Positions 1 to 12,139 of a stretch of 39,024 nt of DNA are shown piece by piece. Both the position numbers and the translations under genes were made by a program. The stretch spans positions 45,011,500-45,050,523 of the forward strand of contig NC_068993.1 in NCBI RefSeq assembly GCF_001194135.2. Direction: 5' to 3'. This DNA comes from Octopus bimaculoides (Eukaryota). The notes beneath the pieces were generated by a model, which did not search any database, was not told the DNA's origin, and saw only the letters and a program-made list of their open reading frames with translations. Every line of letters begins with the position of its first letter. The first letter of the stretch is position 1.

Positions 1-48
<48 letters not shown>

Positions 49-65
49 CTCACCAAACAAGCTCA

Positions 66-425
66 GGTGTGGTGGTGTGGCTAAGAAAGTTTGCTTCACA
101 ACAATGCAGTTTTGGGTTTAATCCCACTACACTATACCTTGAAGAAGTGTTTTCTATTATAATCCCAGGCTGATCAATATCTTGGGAGTAGAATTTGGGG
201 AACAGAAACCGTTCAGGATCCCATCATGTGATTACACCTGTGTCAGTGCCACGTAGAAGTCACCCAGTACACTCTGTAAAGTGGTTGGTGTTAGGAAGCG
301 CATCTAGCCATTGAAACGAAGCCAAATCAGACTGGAACCTTGTCCAGCCTGCCAGCTCTGGTCAAACTGTCCAACCCATGCCAGCATGAAAAAAAATGGA
401 CATTAAATGATAACGATGATGAAGA
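66..425 (+). mobile_element. Decayed SINE family A head (66-230) followed by an RTE-type LINE 3' tail (240-425) ending in (GAT)n
   Basis: The head matches the 2177 copy. The tail gtggttggtgttaggaag...cccatgccagcatg...gatgat matches 9820-9970. Confidence 0.7.
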
Positions 426-719
426 GGAGGAGAGAGGGTTGGGGTAGATGTAATCAACTCCTCTAAAATTGTTGGCCTTGTGCCAAAATTCCAAACCAAT
501 ATATTTAATGTAGTGGAACAAGAAATGTCTACTCATGATTGATAGTTTGGTTGTAACCTCATCGAAACTGGCTCAGGTTAATAATGAGTATAGTCTGATT
601 AGGACAGGCTCTGTGTTTTGATATTTATCTTTCAGCTAGAGTGCTTTATATTACATGGTGGATAATGTTGGTCGTAAATATTTGCCACTGTAAGTAATAT
701 CAGATAATGTTATATTGTC

Positions 720-932
720 TTTTACCATTTACTTGTTTTGGTCTTTGGACTACATGTATGCTAGAGCACTGTCAAATTGACCCCAGTGCCTATTTTTTAA
801 TAGTCTGGTGCTTACTCTGTTGGTCTCTTTTACTAAGTTACAAGGATGCAAACGCATCGACGCTGATTGTTGAGTTGTGTGTGTGTGTGAAGGTAGCAGT
901 GTCACAAATACAAGGAAATACAATATACATCC

Positions 933-980
<48 letters not shown>

Positions 981-1133
981 TGAGCTTCCACAATTTCTGT
1001 TTACCAAATTCACTTGCATGGCATTGATCAGTTTGGGACTAAAATAGAAGATACTTGCCCCTGGCGCTGTGCAGTGAGATTGAACCCAAAACTTCATGGT
1101 TGCAAAGCAAGCTTCTTAACTACACAATCATGC
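720..1133 (-). mobile_element. tRNA-derived SINE family A, older copy
   Basis: Diverged reverse complement of 2177-2592, with a central (TA)n/(TG)n tract. Confidence 0.75.
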
Positions 1134-1414
1134 ATGCGCTCATAGGTGCAATGATTATAACTTTGCTTTATTCAAATTTCATGTGCTTATACGAAATAAT
1201 AAATTGGAAACTAATTTTTCAAAGAATAATATTTATCAAACTAAAATTGAATGAAATGAAATGAAATAAATTCCTTATTTGTATATTCAAAATAAACAAA
1301 TAGGTCTGGCCTTACTGTGTTACACCTTGGGCAAGTGTTTTCTACTATAGCCTCCAGCCAGCCAATGCGTTTTGAGTGAATTTGATTGGCAGAAACTGGA
1401 AGCTCATTGGGTGT

Positions 1415-1530
1415 GAAGGCATGTAGCTTAGTGGTTGGGTCTTCAGCTCACGATCATTAGGTCATGAGTTTGAAAGCTGGTGACACACTGTGTCCTTGAG
1501 CAAGACACTTTATTTCACATTGCTCTTGTA
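1415..1530 (+). mobile_element. SINE family C fragment (tRNA-like head plus CORE-like tgtgtccttgagcaagacacttt segment)
   Basis: Same head and body as copies at about 22110-22385 and 34314-34565. The CORE-like assignment is from recalled resemblance. Confidence 0.65.
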
Positions 1531-1547
1531 GGTTCAAGATATCAATG

Positions 1548-1655
1548 GTGTGATTGTTTAATTTTAGAATGACATTGTATGGTTGATGTGAGAGGCCAGA
1601 GTAGGTCATTTGAATATTTAGATGGAATGAACCCAATTTAAATGCTAAAGGGTTA
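1548..1655 (-). mobile_element. Partial TTAA-flanked MITE (same family as 28520-28740)
   Basis: Ends aatgctaaagggTTAA. The internal sequence matches the 32947-33168 copy. Confidence 0.65.
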
Positions 1656-1816
1656 AAAAGATGGATTGAAAAGCATTTTCCTTTCTTCCTATTCTTTTAT
1701 TTATTTATTCATTTTTTGTTTTTGTTTCTGTTTTCCTAAAACTATTATTACATATGACAAGCATTTTCTATTACTTGCTGAGTTAAAAAAATCAATCTAT
1801 ATTCTTTCTTTGTTAG

Positions 1817-1951
1817 GCTGCTATCTGCCGTTGCAGTCAACCGCTTGCTGGATTCAGTGCTCGATGCGTGGAAGATGAACAGATGCTCAATGCCATTTTG
1901 AGAGTGAACCCAGAGTCATCATTTATGTATGTGGTTGACACCCGACCAAAG
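1817..1951 (+). CDS. MTMR6/7/8: Myotubularin-related phosphatase (MTMR6/7/8 clade), first coding exon visible in window: AAICRCSQPLAGFSARCVEDEQMLNAILRVNPESSFMYVVDTRPK
   Basis: tttctttgttag acceptor (AG 1815-1816), gtaagg donor at 1952, 135 nt, phase 0-0. The RCSQPL...DTRPK motifs match myotubularin sequences, closest to MTMR6/7/8 as I recall them. Confidence 0.96.
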
Positions 1952-2176
1952 GTAAGGCCAAAGGTTAACCATTTGTTTGGTCCACTTAGGGTAAATCATC
2001 ATTGGTACTGCAAATATCACTACTGTTATACTCATTAAGACATATGGGCACATTTACAGATAACTCACATATTACTAATTCTTTTAATACATTCACATGT
2101 ACACAAATGCTTTTTTTCTCTCAAAGTTGACTGCTAAAACATCACCATTGAAAAGTTAATAAGTAAACATTTATAT

Positions 2177-2336
2177 GGAGGAGTGGCTGTGTGGTAAGTA
2201 GCTTGCTTACCAACCACATGGTTCCGGGTTCAGTCCCACTGCGTGGCACCTTGGGCAAGTGTCTTCTACTATAGCCTCGGGCTGACCAAAGCCTTGTGAG
2301 TGGATTTGGTAGACGGAAACTGAAAGAATCCCATCG

Positions 2337-2371
<35 letters not shown>

Positions 2372-2592
2372 GTATGTGTGGTTGTGTGTCTGTGTTTGTC
2401 CCCCCACCATTGCTTGACAACCGATGCTGGTGTGTTTACGTCCCCGTAACTTAGCGGTTTGGCAAAAAGAGACCGATAGAATAAGTACTAGGCTTCCAAA
2501 GAATAAGTCCTGGGTTCGATTTGATCGACTAAAGGCGGTGCTCCAGCATGGCCACAGTCAAATGACTGAAACAAGTAAAAGAGTAAAAGAGT
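2177..2592 (+). mobile_element. tRNA-derived SINE family A, near full-length, young copy
   Basis: A-box-like gtggctgtgtgg, B-box-like ggttcagtcc, ccttgggcaagtg body, central (TA)n tract and gtaaaaga-repeat tail. CpGs are retained and it is nearly identical to 26251-26778. Confidence 0.88.
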
Positions 2593-3273
2593 ATGGTCAA
2601 CTTCCCTGTTAGAAATATCAGTCAAGTCTCTCTCTATCTCTCCCTTTCACTGCCAAATCCCACTTTACTATCTTTTAAAAAAAGGAAGACATGTGGATAA
2701 TACAGTCCTACGTACATTATGCTCAAGTAAGAAAAATGTGATGAGCATGGCTGGAACATTTTTCGATTATATGCCTACTCATTCAGTGTTAAACTCTGGG
2801 ATAAATAAGAAACATCTTTTGATCATAAGCATATTCTGCCAGTGTTAACCTAGCTTGGGATAAATATACAACAAAACATTCATATTGACTAAAGGCAAAG
2901 AAGAATGCATTGAAGCAAAACAATGCCAAAAATAAGTTTAAAAAAAACGCAAATTAAAAACCTATAATTGTGATAGTACAAAACTTTACTCTTGACTGGT
3001 TTGAAATGAAATGAAACATGGTACAGTGTATCATATGTAATAGAGTGAATTGAAAAACCTTGATTAATTGAGATTAAAATTCACTTTACAGGTGTATAAA
3101 ATAAGAGCTCCCTCAGTGGAAGTATAAAATCTAAAAAACAGAAAGCAAGACATATAATTTCAACATGATTGGTCAATTGACAATTTGGATAGAAGTGGTT
3201 CTTGTCTTTAAAGCTGACTGATATTTGTTTACAAATAGTCATACATCTGTGGCTGTAGATCATCTTTCCCTGA

Positions 3274-3328
<55 letters not shown>

Positions 3329-3491
3329 GTAGTTGGGTAGCTGAAAACCACCAGCCTCTGAAACCCATGTAAAGGTACTTATGTGGTCATTCAACATACT
3401 TGAAATGGTAGTCAAATACTTAAAAATTGCACTTTATCATCTTAAAAAGTAAGTATGCATGTGTGTGAGGGTGAGAGAGAGAGCATTCTTT

Positions 3492-4024
3492 NNNNNNNNN
3501 NNNNNNNNNNNNNNNNNNNNNNNNNNNNNNNNNNNNNNNNNNNNNNNNNNNNNNNNNNNNNNNNNNNNNNNNNNNNNNNNNNNNNNNNNNNNNNNNNNNN
3601 NNNNNNNNNNNNNNNNNNNNNNNNNNNNNNNNNNNNNNNNNNNNNNNNNNNNNNNNNNNNNNNNNNNNNNNNNNNNNNNNNNNNNNNNNNNNNNNNNNNN
3701 NNNNNNNNNNNNNNNNNNNNNNNNNNNNNNNNNNNNNNNNNNNNNNNNNNNNNNNNNNNNNNNNNNNNNNNNNNNNNNNNNNNNNNNNNNNNNNNNNNNN
3801 NNNNNNNNNNNNNNNNNNNNNNNNNNNNNNNNNNNNNNNNNNNNNNNNNNNNNNNNNNNNNNNNNNNNNNNNNNNNNNNNNNNNNNNNNNNNNNNNNNNN
3901 NNNNNNNNNNNNNNNNNNNNNNNNNNNNNNNNNNNNNNNNNNNNNNNNNNNNNNNNNNNNNNNNNNNNNNNNNNNNNNNNNNNNNNNNNNNNNNNNNNNN
4001 NNNNNNNNNNNNNNNNNNNNNNNN
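3492..4024. other. Assembly gap (others at 14915-15497, 16189-16198, 17657-17666, 26480-26609)
   Basis: Runs of N, mostly abutting microsatellites or homopolymers. Confidence 1.
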
Positions 4025-4186
4025 TACTCAAGCTTGTCTGACCATTGTATTTCAGAAGCATGAAACTTATGGTAGCTTGAATTTAAATCCTGTGTATAAT
4101 AAATGATATTTATCTCTTACTGAAGGGAGTAGTTTCTATTGTCTTTTTTTTTTTGTTTTTTATCCTGCCAATATTTGGAACAGAAC

Positions 4187-4241
<55 letters not shown>

Positions 4242-5744
4242 ACTACATTTTGGTAATTTTTTTCTGACAATTTTTTAAAAGATCATTTTGTCTAAAGAGG
4301 AGGTAGCAGTACCCATTGATTTTTCAATATTCAAATGATAGAATTATAATTAATTAAGGTTCCCATTACTATTCAACATGAATTCTTGCACATGTGTTGT
4401 GTGATGTTGATCACTCCACTCCAATGTTTCAAGACAATAAAGAACAGACTGCAGGAGGTTGGATACTATAATTCAAACAGGTTGAGCAGCTGCATAAATG
4501 TTGGTTTGCTTTGCATTTCACAGAGCTGACAGTGCTTAGAGTTGTAAACTACATTGTCCCACTTCAACTTTAGATGTGTTATTGAAATAGAAACTGGGGA
4601 ATTGAACATTAGAAGTCAAATATGTTCAACCTGGAAACATGAAGAGAATGTTGTAATATTAACAGGTTATGCACCATCAATCTATTGTCATTGTAGTTTA
4701 GCTACAGGTAGTTCAAAGGTCAAGGAGACTTATAATAGATGAAAGGACTTCTATCCATGACCATCTCATCTTTATTATGGTGTACATCTTGGGTTACATT
4801 ATGTGGCATTTTTTCCTTCCTTCCTTATTTATTTATGACAATAGAATGTGCTTGGAGAAGGATTTGGTTGCTATTTCTAACAGGACAAGGAACCACCAAA
4901 GCTTCCTTCTTGGCTTATGACAAGGTGTGATTTGGCTATTTCTTACAGATTGAGCCACTATTTGAAAGCTCCCCTTTTATGCTGTTTGCTTGTTGTTCCC
5001 CTATTTAGCTGTTTACACTTTTGTCTCTACATAAGATAATGATTACAATGGGAAAATTAGTAAAAGTTCTTTATAAAGAACTCCTTTCTCTTTTCTCTCT
5101 TTTGAAATCTTTTTCCCCCCTCAATAAAATTGCCATTCTGATAAAAATGTTTATAATCTATCAAAAATAATGATAAAAAGAAAGAAAAAAGGTAGACACC
5201 AATAAAATCATTTATGAGTTTTAAATGCTGCCTAGTTTTCAGGCAAGAATTCTATGAATTGGAAGACATTCAAATTCCTTGTTTTAATGAGTTGTTTTCT
5301 AAGATACATGATTGTTGCTCCTCTGGTTTCCTGCCCACTTTCACTTTCTCTCTCTTTATTTCTGTCTTTCTATCCCTCTCTCTCTCTCTCTCTTTCTCCC
5401 CTTTTCCCCTCCCACTTTAACTCCTTTTCCTTTTTTCTTTCATTTTTCTCCTTTCTATTCATTTTTATTTTCTCATACTATTTTTTTTTTTGCTATCCTT
5501 TATTATTCTCCTTAAATTGTTTTTTTTTCCCTTTTTCTTTACTAATCTTCTCTTCTCTTATTCTCCCCCATTCCCTGTCTCTGTTGTCTTCTCTGCCTCC
5601 TTCATTCTTAATTTATTAATATTTTTTTTATTGTTTTGATATATAATATCTGCATCTTTTTCCAATCATCATCTTCTTTCTCATATTTCATATTTCTATT
5701 ATTATTATTATTGAGTTGTAGGAATAGCGAACAAAAAACATTGC

Positions 5745-5945
5745 ATTATTCGGTCAATTAGTACATTTCGTCTGTCTTTACATTCTGAGTTCACAATCTG
5801 ATGAGGCTGACTTTGCCTATCATCGATAAAATAAGTACCAGTTGAATACTGGGGTCTATGTAATCGACTTACCCCCTCCCCTGAACTTGCTAGTCTTGTG
5901 CCAGAACTTGAAACCATCATTTCCATAATCATCATTATTACCATT
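5745..5945 (+). mobile_element. SINE family B (gactttgcc...ataaaataagtaccag...ggccttgtgccaaaatttgaaaccattatt), partial
   Basis: Dispersed multi-copy sequence; relatives at 6181, 10150, 17950, 23780, 24375, 30590-31380 and 34970. Confidence 0.75.
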
Positions 5946-6084
5946 ATCGACTGAGAGAGCAGTGCATGCCATCAAAGTGAACCTGGGGTACAAATATACA
6001 AAGCCCAATATACCCCATCATCACTACATGTCTGATAAGGGTACACCAGGTGCATGCATCACAACCATATGTGTGCAACATGGT

Positions 6085-6131
6085 GATTTCATATACTACT
6101 ACTACTACTACTAGTACTAATGCTGCTACTG

Positions 6132-6180
<49 letters not shown>
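6085..6180. repeat. (CTA)n trinucleotide microsatellite
   Basis: Read directly from the sequence. Confidence 0.95.
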
Positions 6181-6181
<1 letters not shown>

Positions 6182-6420
6182 TAAGGAGGTAAGTTGGCAG
6201 AATTGTTAGTACGCCAGGCAAAATGCTTAGCAACATTTCCGGCGCCTTACACTCAAATTCTAACAAGGTCCACTTTGTCTTTCATCCTTTCATCCTTTCA
6301 GGTCTGATAAAATAAAGTACTGATCAAGAAGTGGGGGGGGGGGGGTGTCAATGTAATTGACTAAATTCCTCTCCCTCAAAAGTGCTGGCCTTGTGCCAAA
6401 ATTTGAAACCATTATTATGA
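6181..6420 (+). mobile_element. SINE family B, near full-length
   Basis: Head aaggaggtaagttggcagaattgttag, body and (ATT)n tail, as in the other copies. Confidence 0.78.
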
Positions 6421-6721
6421 TAGATGAATGAGTCTACACCAATTGAGTTTTTCTAAGCAGGAGGAAAGAAACACATAGAGAACACCGTTGAGGTCTTTGA
6501 TGCGGTAGAGTAATCCAAGGCTTTTGAGAAGTTTTCTGAAAAATATCCTAGTATTTCTCTCTCTTCGCTATTGGAAAATATGATGAAATTTTATTCTTAA
6601 ATCAGATATTTTTGTCAATTCCTTCTTACTCAGTGTAAACCCCCAATCATTTTGTATCTCTGTTTCATCCTTATATTGTCTCTAACACCATTGGTCACCT
6701 TGTGACCAGTAAAAGAAACCA

Positions 6722-7095
6722 TTATTACCTCTACCTTAGCAAAGACAGAGGTATTGTTTTCAGTGATGTTTGTTTCTCCGTGGACAAGATATCTCAAGAA
6801 CTGCTGGCTGGATTCAGATGAAACTTTCAGGGATGTTTGGCCTCATGACTGGCACAAACTGATTAGAATTAGGGATCGATCTGGTACCAGACAAGGATTC
6901 TGGACTATTTTTCTGTTTTTTTTTTTTTACTTAATTTTTGATAGCGGTCGGGTTCATTTTTAGTATTCTCGTTTGTGAGAGCAGTCGAGTTTATTTCAAA
7001 TATTTTCATTTTAAAAATCAACTCCAGCTAATTGTTGAGAGGACATTGGTGTTGCCTTGGTGGAGGTTTGTGCTCTCTGAGTGCTCTTGTTAGTT
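6722..7095 (+). mobile_element. Non-autonomous Helentron-type element (HINE/DINE-1-like)
   Basis: The 5' end ttattacctctacc...aaag is a degenerate partner of the 3' subterminal repeat ccttggtggagg (7055-7066). A short 3' stem-loop tgctc-tct-gagtg follows, and the element ends tagtt in a T-rich site. Body words agatatctcaagaa and gatgaaactttcagg resemble HINE bodies as I recall them. Confidence 0.65.
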
Positions 7096-8099
7096 ATTAC
7101 TTCACATCATATTTTTTACTTACTGGAAATCTGCCTTGAAGGGGTTAGTCAAACAAATTGACTCCCAGTATTTATTTTTAAGTCTGGTACTTATTCTATC
7201 AGTCTCTTGCTGAACCACTAAGTTATGGGGGTGTAAACAAGCTAAAATCAGTTGTCAAATGGTGTGGAGAACAAACACATGGACACACACACAAACATGA
7301 TGGGTTTCAATACAATTTCCATTTACCAGATTCAGTCACAAGACATTTGTTGACCCAGGCTATAGTAGAAGAAATTTGCCTAAGGTGTTGTGTGTTGGAA
7401 TTGAACCTGAAACCATGTGGTTGCAAAGTAAGCTTCTGAAGTGTACAGCCGTACCTGTAACTATTTTCCTTTTTATTTCAGATTTCTTTTCTTCTCCATC
7501 CCAATCACTCTCACCATCGCAATTCTCCTAGGTTTGTAAGATGAACATTCAATTGTCTTACATCTTCATCATGCCATAACAGACATTAGTGTTCCTATTT
7601 GAACTACAAACATCATCTCTTTAAGTCTCTCTGATCAAGGACTATGTCCAAAACACTAAACTTCTCCTTCCCCTTCAATATACTAATGTATTTCACTTTA
7701 TGAACTTATACATACATGTTATTCTCTAATGCATGACATCACTAGTTTCCTTGGATTCTCTTGTTTTGCTTTAATCTTACTCTGACCATGTTGAGTGCTT
7801 TAATCTATTTTGACAATATTGACAATCACAAACTAGATTTGTTACAATCTTTCCCATAAGTGGTTCAATAGGTAGAAATACCAATTCCATATTTGTCTTG
7901 TTCACTTTTTGCATCATTTTGTCCTTCTCAATATAAATATTCAAAGTCAAAATTCATAAGCATACATTACAATTTAACTTCTGTTTGGGTGTTTGGTTTG
8001 CTAAATATATCAGCCAAACCTCCCATGTATAACATCCTATCATCTTAAAAATAACATCAACAATATTACTACCACAAACCTGTGATAATATAACAGCAG

Positions 8100-8680
8100 T
8101 TACTTTATTAACGAGAACATGTCACCACCAGCCCTTCATGTGTATGTGTGTGTATTTGTGTTCACATGAGTCCGCGTGTGTGTGTGTGCGTATGTGCATG
8201 TGAGCCTTTGTGTATGTGTGTACGCGTGTGTACGTACACATGCAGGCCTTCTTGATATCACTTGTTGTTAACAAGCATCACCATTATACAAGTGTTGTCA
8301 TTTGTTTTCAATCTATGGAAAAAAAAAAAAAGAAAAAAGATATGTCTGGCTGTGGGGAAATAACATCTTGTTGAGAAACAGTTAAGGGTTGGTGACAGAA
8401 GCACCAAAGAAAGTCTACCCCCAAAAATTCTGTGTTGCCGTCTCCTTGCCTTGACACTGTGTGACCGTAATAAATGTCTCTGTTATACAAACAGTGTCCT
8501 TCATTCCCAATCTTATATCTGATTATGGGGAAATATTAACTTACTGGGAAATGGGTGAGGGTTGGTGGCAGGAAAGGCATTCAACTCTAGAAAATCCATC
8601 TCGGATGAAATGCTGTCTGACCCATGCAAGCATGAAAGTGGACATTCAAACAATGACAGTGATGATGATGATGGTAAATA
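8100..8680 (+). mobile_element. SINE A variant-2 body with a duplicated internal segment and an RTE-type (GAT)n tail
   Basis: The ttataca...ggggaaata...gagggttggtg segment occurs twice. The tail is ctgacccatgcaagcatg...gatgatgatg. Confidence 0.6.
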
Positions 8681-9519
8681 TCTGAGGAGATCAAATTAAA
8701 TTAAATAATGAGTTAATGAATTTGCTCTGTAAACTCGAGATTTTTAACCATTTCTGTGTTCATCTAATCTAAAGAGATTGTAAAGTTGGCTTATGTTTCT
8801 AAAAGTTATCCTATTAACTAATGTACCCCATGTATTGTTGTTGTCAGTGTAGATTTGTCAAAATGTCAGGTTATGGTGGCAGTATAGAAGACAGATTCAC
8901 TCTTTGATTCATAGCTTTGCACTTATTTCTCTCATCCATTAATTGATTATCACATGAAATTTATCGAAGCAGCTGCCATCATCATCATCACCACCGTCAT
9001 CATCGTCATCATCATTGTTGTTTCTTTTTATTATCCTCTTTGACATCATCACCATCTTTGTCGTTGTTGTCATCATCATCATCATCATTTTAATGATCAT
9101 TTTTCCATGCTTGCATGAGTCTGATGAAATTCATTGAGGTAACTTTTCTACAGCCAGATGATCTTATTGCCAACTCTCACTCATTTCCAATCACTGTAAT
9201 AGTTCCCCCTAGTCAATCAATGAACAGGTCAATGATCAGACATGCTTTCATGGAAAATTGCAACGGAGCACCATAATTTGGGGGTAAATGATGACTTTGT
9301 TTGCAATCAGTGCACAATGTCAAGACAAAGGGATACAAACACACATACATGCATGCATGCCACTAGCTTCTTTCAGTTTTTGTTTGTGGAATTCACTTTC
9401 AAGAATTTAGTTGGCCCACAGCTATAGTAAAAGACACTTGTTCAAGGTGCTGCACAGTAGGATTGAACCTGAAACTGCATGTTTGTTGAGCTGTAGAGCT
9501 GAATATTTATTAGTCACTT

Positions 9520-9970
9520 TGAGGCATCAGATGCAGTGTGCAAGAGAGAAGACTGAGCTAGCATGGTCATGCTCTGCATATGGATGAAGACATCTGCTTA
9601 AAGAAGTGCTGATCTCTAATTGTGGAGGGAGCCTGTGGAAGAGGTAGACTCAGGAAGACATAGAATGCACTAGTCAAAATATGATTTTCAGTTGTTGAGT
9701 GTCATGGAGACAATAACAAGTGACCAAGACTTTTGGCAAATTGCTGTACTTGAGAAGACATGTCATGCTATGTGAATTCATGGCTGTGGCCAGCGCTGGT
9801 GACATGTAAAAAAACACCCAGTACACTCTGTAGAGTAGTTGGCATTGGGAAGGGCATCTAGCTGTAGAAACCAAGCCAAAACAGACTGGATTCTGGTGCA
9901 GCTTGCCATCTCCAGTCGAACCATCTAACCCATGCCAGCATGGAAAACAGATGTTGAATGATGATAATGC
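9520..9970 (+). mobile_element. RTE-type LINE 3' end (ORF2 C-terminus plus 3' UTR and (GAT)n tail)
   Basis: Translates to QERRLS*HGHALHMDEDICLKKC*SLIVEGACGRGRLRKT, matching the RTE RRLRW.GHV.R...GRGRPRKTW motif. It runs on into the tail shared by many short elements here. Confidence 0.8.
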
Positions 9971-12139
9971 ATATACACAGAGAACTCAAATAATAAGTTC
10001 AGTCAATAACATACCAAAGAAAAAGAGCCAAGAAATTGGTAGTTCTTATATGGTCACTGTTACTGCAATGCTTGAATCTATCTAATTTTAAGTAGAGATC
10101 ATTGCTGTTATAGTTCTCCGTTATAAACCGTGAGTGTGTCTTAATATTCTTTTCTACGCTAAGCACAAGGCCTAAAATTGTTGGAGAGGGGGCCACGACC
10201 CCAAAAGGATGAAAGGCAAAGTTGACCTCGGCAGAATTTGAACTCGAAACAAAAAGACAGATGGAATAAGTGTATCTTAATATTGTCGAACAATTTATTA
10301 GCTTGCAGCAGGGAGGTCAAGTACCTCACAATGGAAAAATTATCATCAACTCAGTTTTTAGTTTGACTTGATCTATTCTGACATTTTTCACGTCTGTTCT
10401 TTTCCAAACAGTGTTAGACAGTGCCATTTCTGAGGGGTTTAATCAAACGAACTGACCTTAGTACACATTTATTTTTTCAGTCTGGTACTTATTCTATCTA
10501 TATATATATATTTACACATCAGGCTTGCACACCTACCAAATTCACTCATAAGGCATTTGTCAGCCTGTAACTATAGTAGAAGATGCTTGCCCATAATGTC
10601 ATACTGTATGACTGAACTTGTAGCCATGTGGATGCAAAACAAGCTTCTTAACCATACTGCCAAACTTGTGCCTACATGGTTTTTTTGTTGTCATTTCTTA
10701 TGGTGGCTATTAAGCCAATGCTGTACAATTCAGACATTATGTATGTTGTTAGCTTTTATTATTGTTTTTTTATTTGTAAATACTGCAAAGCTGGTGTCAT
10801 TCCTCACCTCCAACCCCACCATACATGTTTCCATGACATTTCTAGAATACACCTATTACTGTATTTTTCTTCTTTTTTTTTTTGTTAACTAAAAGTATCA
10901 CTATTTCTAGAACACGGGTATTACTGTTCCTACAATCCACTTATCATTTGTTTTCCCCAAACCATGTTGGGTATTTATCATGAAGATTTATGTTTTAGTT
11001 TGTTGGTTGGTTCATATGGTTGTCACCTATGATTATTGATTACCTCTACAGGTATTATTTATTGAATAACATTAAAGTCAAATTGAAGTTCACTGCTCAA
11101 CAAACTAGAATTCTCATTATGTAACATAATAAATCAAATTTTAAACGAATAGAACAAAATGTCCTGTTATTGTAAAACCAAAGGAAAAAAAAACTTGCTT
11201 CATTAAAGATTAAACTGTTTACACTTTGTTGACAGTTCCTCATTATTTTCTGTTTCTATATTAGTTTCATTCATTCATCATTTATCTAACATGTTTTTCC
11301 AAGTTAATATGGGTTGGCTGAAGATTTGTTTGAGGCAGGATTTTATTGCTGGATGCTCCTCCTGTCTCTAACCCATATCTGTTTTTCAAGCCAGGGATTT
11401 TTTTTTATATTCCATAGTTCTTTGAAAGCTTGGAGTGACTGGTTTAAACAGTGACAAAGAATGGAAATATCATATTGTTCTTTACACTCAGACAGTGGCA
11501 ATCAAAACTGTGGAATATCAATTCATGCACATTCTTCTGCATGCATGCACACTCACACGCACACATTCATCCACAAGACAGTTGATTTGGGGTTATAGTA
11601 GAAGACACTTCCTTGAAGTGCTACACAAGAGACTGAACCTGAAGCTATGTGGTTGCAAAGTGAACTTCTTAACCACTTACCCATACTTGCCCCTATTCAC
11701 ATTCAACATGCAATTTATTAAAGGGACTTATCAACTCATGCGTCTTTAGTACCTTAGTATTGTTGTTATTGGTAGCAATAGTTGTGGCAGTGGTAGAAGC
11801 AGTCATCTTGAGTTGATAATTAGTTCGAAGAGTGCTAATCATGCCAAGCATTATATCAGCATGGTTCCTGAACACATCCTCATTCTAATTTGGCTTTTAA
11901 TTGTAAACAGTGTTTACTAAACTAATTAAGTTTACATCCACATAATAAATAAGTAATGTTTCATTAACCATTAGAAAGTTTATTGAGGGAGATTAGCTAC
12001 TACATTGAGCAAGTCAAGCATTTGTCAAGAAGCTATGTCAAGCCTATACTACGTTTGATTTCTTACACTGACATATCAAATTTTATAAAATAGTCAGAAT
12101 GAGATTATGTGATATTTATTTTTGCAGAGATATAGGATC

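Noticed and set aside
1-1816. Search for the preceding MTMR exon (FRS.GR.PVL.Y motif)
   Set aside because: Not found. The PH-GRAM and N-terminal exons must lie upstream of the window.
2177-2250. tRNA-like heads with A/B boxes at many positions
   Set aside because: They are SINE heads. No cloverleaf with a proper acceptor stem is evident, so no tRNA gene is called.
3420-4106. Long ORFs spanning N runs (also 14853-15560 and 26285-26786)
   Set aside because: Artefacts of translating assembly gaps.
4056-4106. Possible alternative terminal exon (tttcag|KHETYGSLNLNPVYNK*, AATAAA at 4098), in phase with the donor at 1952
   Set aside because: Moderate acceptor next to an assembly gap, no homology, and expected by chance in a 23-kb intron.
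5243-5330. Plus-strand acceptor followed by QEFYELEDIQIPCFNELFSK
   Set aside because: No convincing donor and no similarity to myotubularins. The flanking MTMR exons already join seamlessly.
10016-10842. Further minus-strand exon-like segments (KCHGNMYGGVG; RFKHCSNSDHIRTTNFLALFLW)
   Set aside because: Good donors but purine-rich acceptors. Phase compatibility alone is too easy to obtain.
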